A stretch of 64,000 nt of DNA from Candidatus Omnitrophota bacterium. Its GTDB lineage: Bacteria; Omnitrophota; Gorgyraeia; Gygaellales; Profunditerraquicolaceae. This document shows, in pieces, positions 1-8,676 of the stretch; the stretch's first letter is position 1; each line of letters opens with the position of its first letter. The stretch covers positions 5,302 through 69,301 of the forward strand of contig JAQUOV010000003.1 in assembly GCA_028716965.1 (NCBI GenBank). Direction: 5' to 3'. The notes beneath the pieces were generated by a model, which was not told the origin of the DNA, did not search any database, and worked only from the letters and a program-made list of their open reading frames with translations. Position numbers and translations under genes: made by a program.

Positions 1-653
1 ATATTCACGCAGACCCCGCAGACAAACTGCTCAACCTGGCGCTGCGCTTGAAAGCTTTTAAGTTTCTCAAAACATCTGGCGTAGTCAAAATCCGCGGCAG
101 CCTCACCGATTGCTCCAGCGGGGCATATTTTAACACAAAGCCTGCAGTTACCGCAACCATTTTTCACCGGCTTATCTATCTTTAAAGGCATATTGGTCAA
201 CACAGAAACCAGGCGGAATTGGCTGCCGAATCTTTCATTAACCAGAAGGTTGTTCCTGCCGATCCAGCCCAGGCCGGCAAGTGCTCCCAGCCTTCTATGA
301 GAGAGATGTGCAGTATTTTTCTCCCAGTCGATAATCTGGGTGGCTGGGATGGCTAAAGCAGAATAACCTTTTTTCTGAATTATATTGCACAACTTCAAAG
401 CCACCTGATCTAAAAACGAATTTACGATCTTGTAGTGGTGGAAATACAGCCTGGTGGGAAGCGCCTCTATTTCAGAAAGCACCGCTGCAGAAAGAATGCT
501 CCCCAGGCAGACAGCCTTGTCTAAATTCTGTAAAGTTTTGGGGGAAATCTTAAATTCATCTTTTATCCCGTTTATATCGGCAACTCCAAAAAGATCTACA
601 CCTTCCTTCAGGCAGAAATTCCTTAACAACGCGTAATCTCTATTTTTGCTCAT
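1..653 (-). CDS. queG: Epoxyqueuosine reductase QueG, N-terminal ~217 codons; the gene runs off the left window edge.
   Basis: Manual minus-strand translation from the ATG at 653..651 gives MSKNRDYALLRNFCLKEGVDLFGVADI..., and contains HRRLGALAGLGWIGRNNLLVNERFGSQFRLVSVLTNMPLKIDKPVKNGCGNCRLCVKICPAGAI. It has the AGLGWxGK block and the CxxCxxCxxxCP 4Fe-4S motif, collinear with E. coli QueG. There is no stop before position 1. It is absent from the ORF track because it has no in-window stop. It overlaps the mnmG 3' end by 14 nt. Confidence 0.6.
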   Translation of the reverse strand, partial: MSKNRDYALLRNFCLKEGVDLFGVADINGIKDEFKISPKTLQNLDKAVCLGSILSAAVLSEIEALPTRLYFHHYKIVNSFLDQVALKLCNIIQKKGYSALAIPATQIIDWEKNTAHLSHRRLGALAGLGWIGRNNLLVNERFGSQFRLVSVLTNMPLKIDKPVKNGCGNCRLCVKICPAGAIGEAAADFDYARCFEKLKSFQAQRQVEQFVCGVCVN

Positions 654-2502
654 TGGCTTTTTTTAAGTAAACCATTAGGAGTGATACTGCCGCCGGGGTC
701 ACCCCCGAAATCCGTGATGCCTGGCCCAGATTAAAAGGCTTGAAACTTACCAGCTTCTCCCTTATCTCCCGGGAGATACCGGATAAACGGCTGTAATCAA
801 AATCATGCGGCAGCCTGATCTTCTCCAAATGCTTAAACCTTTCCACATCCCTAAGCTGCCTCTGGATAAATCCTGAATATTTTACCTCTATTTCAACCTG
901 CTGCCACGCAGGTTCCGGTATGCCCGGTTTTAGTTTATGTATTTTCCTTAAATCTTTAACGCTTATTTGCGGCCGCTTTAATAAATCCTCCAGGCTAACT
1001 ACTCTCTTAAGCGCCGCAGAATTAAGCCGGGATAACTGAAGGTTAATCTTCCTGCCGGGCTTAATGTGAGTTTTCCTCAAAAAAGCTATACCCTCTTTTA
1101 TGCCATTCTGCTTATTCTCAACCTTACGATAAGCTGCCAAACTTAACAAACCCAGATCAAAACCCATCCTGGAAAGACGTAAATCCGCGTTGTCTTCACG
1201 CAGGATCAGGCGGTATTCCACCCGGGAAGTAAACATGCGATAAGGCTCAAGAGTGCCTTTAGTAGTCAAGTCATCTATGAGCACCCCTATATAACTACTT
1301 GCGCGGTCCAGGATAAACGGCCCTTTATTCTTTACACGCAAGGCGGCATTGATACCGGCGATTAGCCCCTGTGCCGCGGCCTCCTCGTACCCCGTAGTGC
1401 CGTTAATCTGCCCTGCCAGATAAAGATTCTTGATTAACTTCGTTTCCAGCGAAGAAAATACCTGTGTCGGCTCAACTACAGTATGTTCAATACCATAACC
1501 AAAACGGATTACTCTTGCCTTTTCCAATCCCGGTATAGAGGCCAGGAGCTTAAGCTGCGCATCTTCGGGCAGGCTGGTTGAGATCCCGTTTGGGTAAATC
1601 TCGCGCACCCCCAACCCTTCAGGCTCCAGAAATACCTGGTGCCTTTCCTTATCCTTGAATTTGACAATCTTATCTTCTATTGACGGGCAATACCTTACCC
1701 CGGTTGCCTTGATTTTGCCTGAATAAAGAGGAGAACGGTCTAAATTAGCACTAATTATTTCATGTGTCTTTTTATTAGTATAGGTTATATAGCAGGGTAT
1801 TTGTTTCTGTTTGAGCCTTGCCGTAGAAAACGAAAACGGCCGTGGATGCGCGTCGCCGGAGTGCCTGATGAGGCCAGAAAAGTCTATGGTGTTTTTATCC
1901 AGGCGCGGGCAGGTGCCGGTTTTAAAACGCAATAGACCGAATCCCAGTTCCCTTAAATTATCCGCCAGGCCTATGCTTGCGCGCTCGTTGATCCTGCCGC
2001 CGCTAAAATGCCTTAATCCTACATGAAGCAGGCCGTGCAAAAATGTCCCGGGGCAGATAACCACGCATTCAGCATAAATTGCTTCTTTATCCGTTAAGAC
2101 GCCTGAAACCTTACTATCCTTGACTATTAATTTCTTTACTTCCGCTTCTTTGACCGCAAGATTCCTCTGTCGTTTAAGCAGCCTTCGCATGTAGAGGCTG
2201 TATTTACGCATATCAATCTGCGCCCGCGATGACTGCACAGCCGCGCCTTTAGAAGCATTAAGGGTGCGCAATTGTATTGCGCAGGCATCCGCCGCCTTCC
2301 CCATTGCCCCGCCTAAAGCATCAATCTCTTTTACCAGCTGCCCTTTACCCACCCCGCCGATAGCCGGATTACAGCTCATCTTACCGATAGAGTTTATATC
2401 AATGGTAAGCATGATCGTCTTTGCGCCCAGGCGGGAGCTGGCCAGTCCTGCCTCGATACCGGCATGACCGGCCCCGATGACAATCACATCAAAATTGTTC
2501 AT
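640..2502 (-). CDS. mnmG: tRNA uridine 5-carboxymethylaminomethyl modification enzyme MnmG (GidA).
   Basis: The 620-aa ORF has an N-terminal FAD Rossmann motif (MNNFDVIVIGAGHAGIEA). It is collinear over its full length with the MnmG/GidA family. Confidence 0.9.
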   Translation of the reverse strand: MNNFDVIVIGAGHAGIEAGLASSRLGAKTIMLTIDINSIGKMSCNPAIGGVGKGQLVKEIDALGGAMGKAADACAIQLRTLNASKGAAVQSSRAQIDMRKYSLYMRRLLKRQRNLAVKEAEVKKLIVKDSKVSGVLTDKEAIYAECVVICPGTFLHGLLHVGLRHFSGGRINERASIGLADNLRELGFGLLRFKTGTCPRLDKNTIDFSGLIRHSGDAHPRPFSFSTARLKQKQIPCYITYTNKKTHEIISANLDRSPLYSGKIKATGVRYCPSIEDKIVKFKDKERHQVFLEPEGLGVREIYPNGISTSLPEDAQLKLLASIPGLEKARVIRFGYGIEHTVVEPTQVFSSLETKLIKNLYLAGQINGTTGYEEAAAQGLIAGINAALRVKNKGPFILDRASSYIGVLIDDLTTKGTLEPYRMFTSRVEYRLILREDNADLRLSRMGFDLGLLSLAAYRKVENKQNGIKEGIAFLRKTHIKPGRKINLQLSRLNSAALKRVVSLEDLLKRPQISVKDLRKIHKLKPGIPEPAWQQVEIEVKYSGFIQRQLRDVERFKHLEKIRLPHDFDYSRLSGISREIREKLVSFKPFNLGQASRISGVTPAAVSLLMVYLKKANEQK

Positions 2503-2526
2503 GGAGATGTTTTTGGAGAAGTTAAA

Positions 2527-4821
2527 TTAACACTTAGAATAACCGCAGGCATGGCATTTTACGCAGCCTTCCTCATGGCGAAGCGCCCCTCCGCAATCCG
2601 GGCATACGCCTACAATATTGCCCTTGTCGTCAAGGTCCGAACCTAGCAACTGGTCATCATGCGAATGTTTCATGGGGATGGTTATTGCTTCGGAGGCAAC
2701 AGAAGCTGCCTGCACATTCACCAGACGCCTTTCTACTACGCGGGCAATAGCATCAGCGCAGGAGAATATCCTCTGTCCCTTTTCCCAGGAAGGAGAAGGG
2801 CAGCGTATATTACGCAACTGCTCGATAATGGATTTAACTTCAATACCTGCGCGGAAAGCTAAAGAAACTAAACGGCCGGTTGCCTCAAGCTGGCTGGCTG
2901 CGCAACCGCCTGCCTTGCCCATCTGGGTAAACAACTCAAACGGCTTACCGTCTTCATCCACGTTAATAGTCACATAAAGATTGCCGCATCCCGTAGCCAC
3001 TTTTGTTGTAGTGCCGATAATAACCTCGGGGCGCGGCCGGGGGGCAATCTCCTTCTTAAGCTCCTGCTCCGCTTTAACATCCTGTTTCTCCTTGGGCTTA
3101 CCGATATTTAATACCTGTTCTTCTCGGCTCCTATCGCGGTAAATGGTAATGCCTTTACAGTTTAAATCAAACGCGAGCAGGTAAGACTTGCGCACCTCGT
3201 CAATGGTGGCCTCATGAGGAAAATTAATCGTCTTGCTTGTGGCGTTATGCACGTATTTCTGGAAGGCTGCCTGCATGCGCACGTGCCACTCCGGAGATAT
3301 ATCATGCGAAGTAACAAAAACCCTGCGCACATCCTCTGGGATCTCTTTGATATCCTTAATTGAGGAGCTCTCGGCAACCTTCTCCATAAGCTGACGGCTG
3401 TAGAACCCTCTTTCACGTGCAACCTGCTCGAATAACGGCTCTACCTCGATCAGCTTATCATTATCCATGACGTTACGGTAATACGATAGCGCGAATAAAG
3501 GTTCGATCCCCGAAGAGCAAGGGCCGGCGATAATGCTGATGGTGCCGGTAGGAGCGATTGTGGTAAGCGTAGCATTACGCATGCGCATCTGAGGGTCTTT
3601 TTTATCATAGATACTGCCTTTAAAAGCCGGGAACACCCCTTTGGTCTTACCTAACTCCAAAGATTTCTTATTCGACACATCCAGGATGAATGACATCACT
3701 TTCTCTGCCAGGGCCACGGCTTGCTCGCTATTATAAGGAATCTTCAGGCGGATTAGTAAGCTTGCCCAGCCCATCACCCCTAATCCTATTTTGCGGGTAG
3801 CCTTGGTAGCCTTCTCGATCTCCGCAAGCGAGAATTTATTCACATCAATCAGATTATCCAGGAAATGCACCGCCAGGCAGGTTACCTCTTTGAGCCTGTC
3901 CCAGTCAATCTCGCAAATCTTCCCGGACCTCTTACACATCTGGTCCAGGTTTATCGAACCTAAATCACAAGATTCATACGGTAAAAGAGGCTGTTCGCCG
4001 CAGGGGTTAGTGCTCTCAATCTTCCCTAATCTGGGAGTGGGATTATATTGATTGATCCTATCGATAAAGATTATCCCGGGTTCGCCGTTTTTATGCGCCT
4101 GTTTTACGATTAAGTCAAAAACCTCTCTGGCGTTAATCCGCTGCACGGATTTATTAGTATGCGGGTCAATCAAATCATAATCTTCGCCACGGGATAACTT
4201 CTGCATAAACTCATCGGTGACGGCCACGGATATATTGAAATTGGTGATATGGTTATTATTTTCCTTGCAGGTAATGAACTCCATAATATCCGGGTGATCC
4301 ACGCGCAAAATACCCATATTTGCACCTCTGCGCGTACCTCCCTGTTTGACCGCCTCGGTAGCCGCATCATAAACGCGCATAAAAGAGATCGGCCCGCTGG
4401 CCACTCCGCCGGTAGTCTTGACCACGGCGTTTTTGGGGCGCAGGCGCGAAAAATTAAAACCGGTCCCCCCGCCGGATTTATGAATTAAGCTGGTAACCTT
4501 TAATGTCTCAAATATCGACTCCATAGAATCTTCAACCGGAAGGGTAAAACATGCGGAAAGCTGCCCCAGCTCTTTTCCGGCATTCATCAGGCAGGGAGAA
4601 TTCGGCAAAAACTCCAAACTGGTCATTATCTTGAAAAATGATTCCTGCAGTTTCTTTACATCCTGGTCTGTTGCGCCGTATTGCTTATCCGCAACAGCAA
4701 TAGCACCGGCAACGCGAATAAACATTTGTTCCGGGGTTTCAATAAGCCTGCCCTCCTGATCTTTACGCAGGTACCTGCGCTCCAAAACCTTAATCGCGTT
4801 GGGAGATAATTTCAATTCCAT
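2527..4821 (-). CDS. nrdJ: Adenosylcobalamin-dependent (class II) ribonucleoside-diphosphate reductase.
   Basis: The 764-aa ORF has the active-site block TNPCGEQPLLPYESCDLGSINL and a C-terminal Cys-rich zinc ribbon (CPDCGG...CVKCHACGYSKC). Its length and motifs match class II RNR. Confidence 0.8.
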   Translation of the reverse strand: MELKLSPNAIKVLERRYLRKDQEGRLIETPEQMFIRVAGAIAVADKQYGATDQDVKKLQESFFKIMTSLEFLPNSPCLMNAGKELGQLSACFTLPVEDSMESIFETLKVTSLIHKSGGGTGFNFSRLRPKNAVVKTTGGVASGPISFMRVYDAATEAVKQGGTRRGANMGILRVDHPDIMEFITCKENNNHITNFNISVAVTDEFMQKLSRGEDYDLIDPHTNKSVQRINAREVFDLIVKQAHKNGEPGIIFIDRINQYNPTPRLGKIESTNPCGEQPLLPYESCDLGSINLDQMCKRSGKICEIDWDRLKEVTCLAVHFLDNLIDVNKFSLAEIEKATKATRKIGLGVMGWASLLIRLKIPYNSEQAVALAEKVMSFILDVSNKKSLELGKTKGVFPAFKGSIYDKKDPQMRMRNATLTTIAPTGTISIIAGPCSSGIEPLFALSYYRNVMDNDKLIEVEPLFEQVARERGFYSRQLMEKVAESSSIKDIKEIPEDVRRVFVTSHDISPEWHVRMQAAFQKYVHNATSKTINFPHEATIDEVRKSYLLAFDLNCKGITIYRDRSREEQVLNIGKPKEKQDVKAEQELKKEIAPRPRPEVIIGTTTKVATGCGNLYVTINVDEDGKPFELFTQMGKAGGCAASQLEATGRLVSLAFRAGIEVKSIIEQLRNIRCPSPSWEKGQRIFSCADAIARVVERRLVNVQAASVASEAITIPMKHSHDDQLLGSDLDDKGNIVGVCPDCGGALRHEEGCVKCHACGYSKC

Positions 4822-4871
4822 ATTTTCACCTCAAGTTTACAAAACAAATATTATCCAAAATATTCTCCTGT

Positions 4872-4900
4872 GCCAAAAGCGAGTATAACAAAGGGGACAC
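4872..4900 (-). promoter_or_regulatory. sigma70-type promoter for nrdJ: -35 TTGACA at 4895..4900, a 17-nt spacer, and -10 TATACT at 4872..4877 (minus strand).
   Basis: The minus-strand sequence reads cttaTTGACAagtggtgtcccctttgtTATACTcgc. A GAGGTGA Shine-Dalgarno lies 5 nt before the nrdJ ATG. The 5' UTR is about 50 nt. Confidence 0.5.
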
Positions 4901-4989
4901 CACTTGTCAATAAGAAATTACTACATATGGGATAATTACATCTTCTAGTATACAATAGCTTGTAGTGGTAAGGTTTGCCCGCCTTGCGC

Positions 4990-6015
4990 TTATTCTCCCG
5001 CAAAAGGCTTGCAGGATTCCCGGATTACCAGTTCCGCCGGTAGTAGGATCTTTTTTGCGGTGTTCTTTTTCAAAGCAATCAGACGGTTCAATTCTTTAAC
5101 GCTTTCTTCGGCCATGCGAATTAAAGGCTGTCGCACAGTAGTAAGCCCAACCGGTCCATAAAGGCCTGAAGGATTATCATCAAAACCCACGATCGATAAA
5201 TCACGCGGTATATCCTTTCCCAGCTCGCGGGCAACCGCCATCACCTCAAGTGCCATGGAATCAGAGGCAACAAAGACCGCACTCGCCGCATCATCCGCTT
5301 TAATTAAATTCTCAGCCGCCGTGCGGGCCTGGCCGCGCGAATAATCAGTGTAAAAAATATAATCGTCCCTTACTTTAATATTACTTTTTTCCAATGCCCA
5401 CTTATAGCCTTCTAATCTTTTTGCCGCTGCCTGGGTGGTTATATCGCCGGTAATGTGGGCTATCTTCTTGTGTCCTAACTGAATTAAGTAATTGACCGCA
5501 TTCTGCGCGCCCCCGGCATTATCTATAGCAATACAGGAGACATCCAGGTCATCCACATAATAATTAATAACCACACTGGGTATCCCTTTGGCAAGGCTGT
5601 CTTCCAATTGTGAACGGTTACCGATAATATCGGAGAAGATTATCCCGCCTACTCCACGTAAGGATAAAGGAGTGCGTGCGTCAGTCAGGTGCAAAAGCAA
5701 ATCCAGTTTTAAGGCCTCACACATCGTGCCTACGCCGCGGATAAGTTCCAAGGCGTAAAATGAATAGAATACTCCTTCATAACGGGGAATGACCAGGGCC
5801 ACCACATTACTTTTGCCGGTTGCCAGGCGCTGCGCGAAAATAGAAGGCTGGAATTTCAATTCTTTAACCGCGTTCATCACCTTGACACGGTTGGATTCTT
5901 TTACGGTTTTAGCCTTATTGATTACACGGGAAACAGTAGTTATGGATACGCCGCTGGCGCGGGCAACATCTTCAATAGAGATATTCCTGGGGGAAGATTT
6001 CCTGGTGCGAGTCAT
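4990..6015 (-). CDS. LacI-family transcriptional regulator.
   Basis: The N-terminal HTH reads ISIEDVARASGVSITTVSRVIN. The rest is periplasmic-binding-protein-like sugar-binding core. Confidence 0.85.
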   Translation of the reverse strand: MTRTRKSSPRNISIEDVARASGVSITTVSRVINKAKTVKESNRVKVMNAVKELKFQPSIFAQRLATGKSNVVALVIPRYEGVFYSFYALELIRGVGTMCEALKLDLLLHLTDARTPLSLRGVGGIIFSDIIGNRSQLEDSLAKGIPSVVINYYVDDLDVSCIAIDNAGGAQNAVNYLIQLGHKKIAHITGDITTQAAAKRLEGYKWALEKSNIKVRDDYIFYTDYSRGQARTAAENLIKADDAASAVFVASDSMALEVMAVARELGKDIPRDLSIVGFDDNPSGLYGPVGLTTVRQPLIRMAEESVKELNRLIALKKNTAKKILLPAELVIRESCKPFAGE

Positions 6016-6089
6016 TATATTTAAATGATTTCTTTATTTAACTTAACAAAAAACTCATTGGACAAAAAGCAAGAGGAAAAAATAACGGC

Positions 6090-7253
6090 TTATTTAATGG
6101 TATCCCCTGTCTTAAACGGAGTGCTCATTTTCTTTATATCGCAGGCGGAAACATTACTCTTTACCTGGATCACTTCAAGAGAGCCTATCGGCTTGCCGTC
6201 ACGGTAAACACTGAAACTATCCCCGGATTTTACCTCGGTAGAAGAACCCCGGTCGATAACCACGAAATTATTATCAAGATTTACCGCCAATATCTTTGCG
6301 GGTGACATAGATAGGGTCGCATCTTTTTTCTCATCGGGAGAAAATGAACGTACTACTATCGCCGGCAGTTCAACAGACTCGCTGGACTTCTTATCTAAGA
6401 AATCTATAGGCTTGACATTCCTTATTGCATCCAGGTCCTCTTTAAGGGAATTAATCTGGGATACCCTGTCCTCCAGCATCGTCTCCATCGTGCCTAATCG
6501 CTTTTCTATATCGGACTTCCCTTCCTGAAGCTCCTCTATCTTTTTATCCAAAGCTGCCTTGTGGCTGCTTAAACTCTTCAATCTACGGCTGAGGATCGCA
6601 TTCTCCGACTTGATCGCTTTAAAGCTTTCCTGGATCGCCACTTTATCATTCCTCTCCCGTACTAACTCCTGGGACATACTGTCTAAAAGCTTGCGGTTAT
6701 AATCAAGCTGCCTTAAAAGATCATGTTTTTCATTACGCAGGCTGCTGATATCTATCTCCAAAGAGCCCTTTTCTCTCTGCAATGATTCATTACTGTCTTT
6801 TAGCACTTTTAATTCATCCCGGATATTGGATAACTGCAGCTCAAGGTCGGTTTTAGCCTTAAGGATCTGCCCCCAATAGGCATCCGTATTCAGAGGGGCT
6901 GTTTCCTGTCTTTCCGCTACAGGTGCTGCGCGCTCCTCTTTACGCTGACTCTTTAACTTCTCAACCAGTTCATCCTTCATACGGGTAACTATCTCAAGCC
7001 TGCTTTTTAAATCATCCAGATCGCGAGTAGTCTTGTCCTTTTCGTCTTGGAGGGAAACGATCTTCACCTGGCTTGCCTTCAGATCACTCTCAATCTTGTC
7101 CACCTTGCTGATGAGGGTAGCGTTCTCGCTCTTTAAGTCATTGCGTTCACGCATAAGCATTTGCTGAGAGCTGGTTGCCTGCATAAAAAGAAAAAGGCAT
7201 ACTACGGAGAAACCTATCAGGCCGATGATAATTAATTTTGTCTTCTGATCCAT
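6090..7253 (-). CDS. Membrane-anchored coiled-coil protein of unknown function, with an N-terminal TM helix, a long heptad-like central region and a small C-terminal beta-rich domain.
   Basis: The TM segment is LIIIGLIGFSVVCLFLF, followed by roughly 250 aa rich in E/K/L/R heptads. No catalytic motifs were found. Confidence 0.55.
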   Translation of the reverse strand: MDQKTKLIIIGLIGFSVVCLFLFMQATSSQQMLMRERNDLKSENATLISKVDKIESDLKASQVKIVSLQDEKDKTTRDLDDLKSRLEIVTRMKDELVEKLKSQRKEERAAPVAERQETAPLNTDAYWGQILKAKTDLELQLSNIRDELKVLKDSNESLQREKGSLEIDISSLRNEKHDLLRQLDYNRKLLDSMSQELVRERNDKVAIQESFKAIKSENAILSRRLKSLSSHKAALDKKIEELQEGKSDIEKRLGTMETMLEDRVSQINSLKEDLDAIRNVKPIDFLDKKSSESVELPAIVVRSFSPDEKKDATLSMSPAKILAVNLDNNFVVIDRGSSTEVKSGDSFSVYRDGKPIGSLEVIQVKSNVSACDIKKMSTPFKTGDTIK

Positions 7254-7308
7254 AATCCCCCCTGTTATGGCTTTGCTTCGGGGAAGGCAAACTCATTAGC
7301 CTTCCGGC

Positions 7309-8541
7309 TTATAATTGGGCGAATACCCTCTCTAAAACAAAACTTGCCGCGCCCATGGCTACGGCATTCTCCCTTAATTGAGAATAAACTATCTTTAAAT
7401 CGCTGGTTGATTCATGGAAGGCCCAATCCATAACCGTGCTCCTGACCCTATTTAAAAAACTTTCCCCCGCTTCTTCCAGGCCGCCGCCGATAACCACCAC
7501 CTGCGGGTTAAGCAGGTTTACCAAATATGCAATCTTAATTCCCAATCTTTTTGCCGCATTATCCAGAACCAAAGAAGCAACTTCATTTCTTAGGCGGACG
7601 GCAATGAATACGTTCTTTAAATCCACGCTCTCCATGCTGCAAGAGGCAGCCCGAAAAAACTCATTCGCCTTTTCTTTATCCTTAAGCAAGATTGCCTTAA
7701 GTTCATCAATAATTCCCAGGTCCATCTCCCAACGCTTTATAAAACAAGGGGCACCGCTTGCGCAGTTGAAAAGATCCTGCTCCTTATAGTTATACACGGA
7801 TACCTCTCCGGCATAACCCTGGGAGCCGCGGTAAACCTCGCCGTTAATCATTATCCCGCATCCTACCCCGGAGAACATATAAAGCACATTCTTGCACTCC
7901 TGGCCTAAGACCAGCCAGTGCTCTCCGGAACAGGCGCTGGTAGAATCATTTTCAATCAAGGTCGGCAGGTTAAACTCTTTTTCCATTAAATCCTTTAACG
8001 GAATATCCACGGAGGTATAGGTATAATAATGGTCCATTTTCTGCGGCCAATGCACCGAGCCGTTCTTTTTATTGATCAAACCGGCGATACCTATACCAAT
8101 GCCTTTTATATTCTCGGTGTACCCCTTGGAGCGCCTCAGGATCTCACGCACAATTTCTAATAGGCATTCGGAAACCTCTCCTACCGATGCCTGGGTCCTC
8201 GGGACTTGGGTCTTAGTGATGATGTTGCCCTTTAAATCCACCAGCAGGCCGACCATATTCATCAGGTTAAGCCCCACGCCGATAGCAAATCCCGCAGATG
8301 GATTTAAATCCAACAGTACCGGGCGCCTGCCTCCTTCGGATACATCAAGCTCTTTTTCATAAACCAGGCTGCGTTTGATAAAATCGTCTATATAGCTGGA
8401 GATAGTTACAACATTTATCCCCATCTCCTGAGAGATATCCGGACGGCTTATCGGCCCATGCCTTCTGAGAATATCAAATATTTCAATATTACGCTTTTCT
8501 TTTTCGCTGAAAATTTCTTTCTGTAAATCTAATACGTGCAT
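7309..8541 (-). CDS. ROK-family (NagC/Mlc/XylR-like) transcriptional regulator.
   Basis: It has an N-terminal winged HTH (IFDILRRHGPISRPDISQEMGINVVTISSYI) and a ROK sugar-kinase-like fold with glycine-rich segments (AIGVGLN, GIGIGIAGLIN). Confidence 0.8.
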   Translation of the reverse strand: MHVLDLQKEIFSEKEKRNIEIFDILRRHGPISRPDISQEMGINVVTISSYIDDFIKRSLVYEKELDVSEGGRRPVLLDLNPSAGFAIGVGLNLMNMVGLLVDLKGNIITKTQVPRTQASVGEVSECLLEIVREILRRSKGYTENIKGIGIGIAGLINKKNGSVHWPQKMDHYYTYTSVDIPLKDLMEKEFNLPTLIENDSTSACSGEHWLVLGQECKNVLYMFSGVGCGIMINGEVYRGSQGYAGEVSVYNYKEQDLFNCASGAPCFIKRWEMDLGIIDELKAILLKDKEKANEFFRAASCSMESVDLKNVFIAVRLRNEVASLVLDNAAKRLGIKIAYLVNLLNPQVVVIGGGLEEAGESFLNRVRSTVMDWAFHESTSDLKIVYSQLRENAVAMGAASFVLERVFAQL

Positions 8542-8593
8542 AAAATGAAAATACCTCTTTTCCTGGTAGATTAAGAGAAAAATATTTACTTTA

Positions 8594-8622
8594 TTTATAC
8601 TACTAAAGAGAGCTTAAGTCAA
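8594..8622 (-). promoter_or_regulatory. sigma70-type promoter for the ROK regulator: -35 TTGACT at 8617..8622, a 17-nt spacer, and -10 TATAAA at 8594..8599.
   Basis: The minus-strand sequence reads aaatacTTGACTtaagctctctttagtagTATAAAtaaag. An AAGAGG Shine-Dalgarno lies about 12 nt before the ATG. Confidence 0.45.
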
Positions 8623-8676
8623 GTATTTTTAAGAAGTAATGAAAAGATTGCCCGGAAGGATATAAATTACAGGAGA

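Noticed and set aside
454-636. 60-aa plus-strand ORF.
   Set aside because: It lies antisense within the queG coding region and has no recognisable features.
4822-4989. Looked for NrdR boxes or a cobalamin riboswitch upstream of nrdJ.
   Set aside because: No convincing 16-bp NrdR palindrome pair, and no B12-riboswitch-like conserved core (the ~50-nt 5' UTR is too short), could be recognised by eye. Left as a PWM or Rfam check.
7254-7308. 7-bp stem hairpin (ggaaggc ... gccttcc) downstream of the ROK gene.
   Set aside because: There is no U-tract after the stem on the transcribed strand, and the 10-nt loop is long. It is not a convincing rho-independent terminator.
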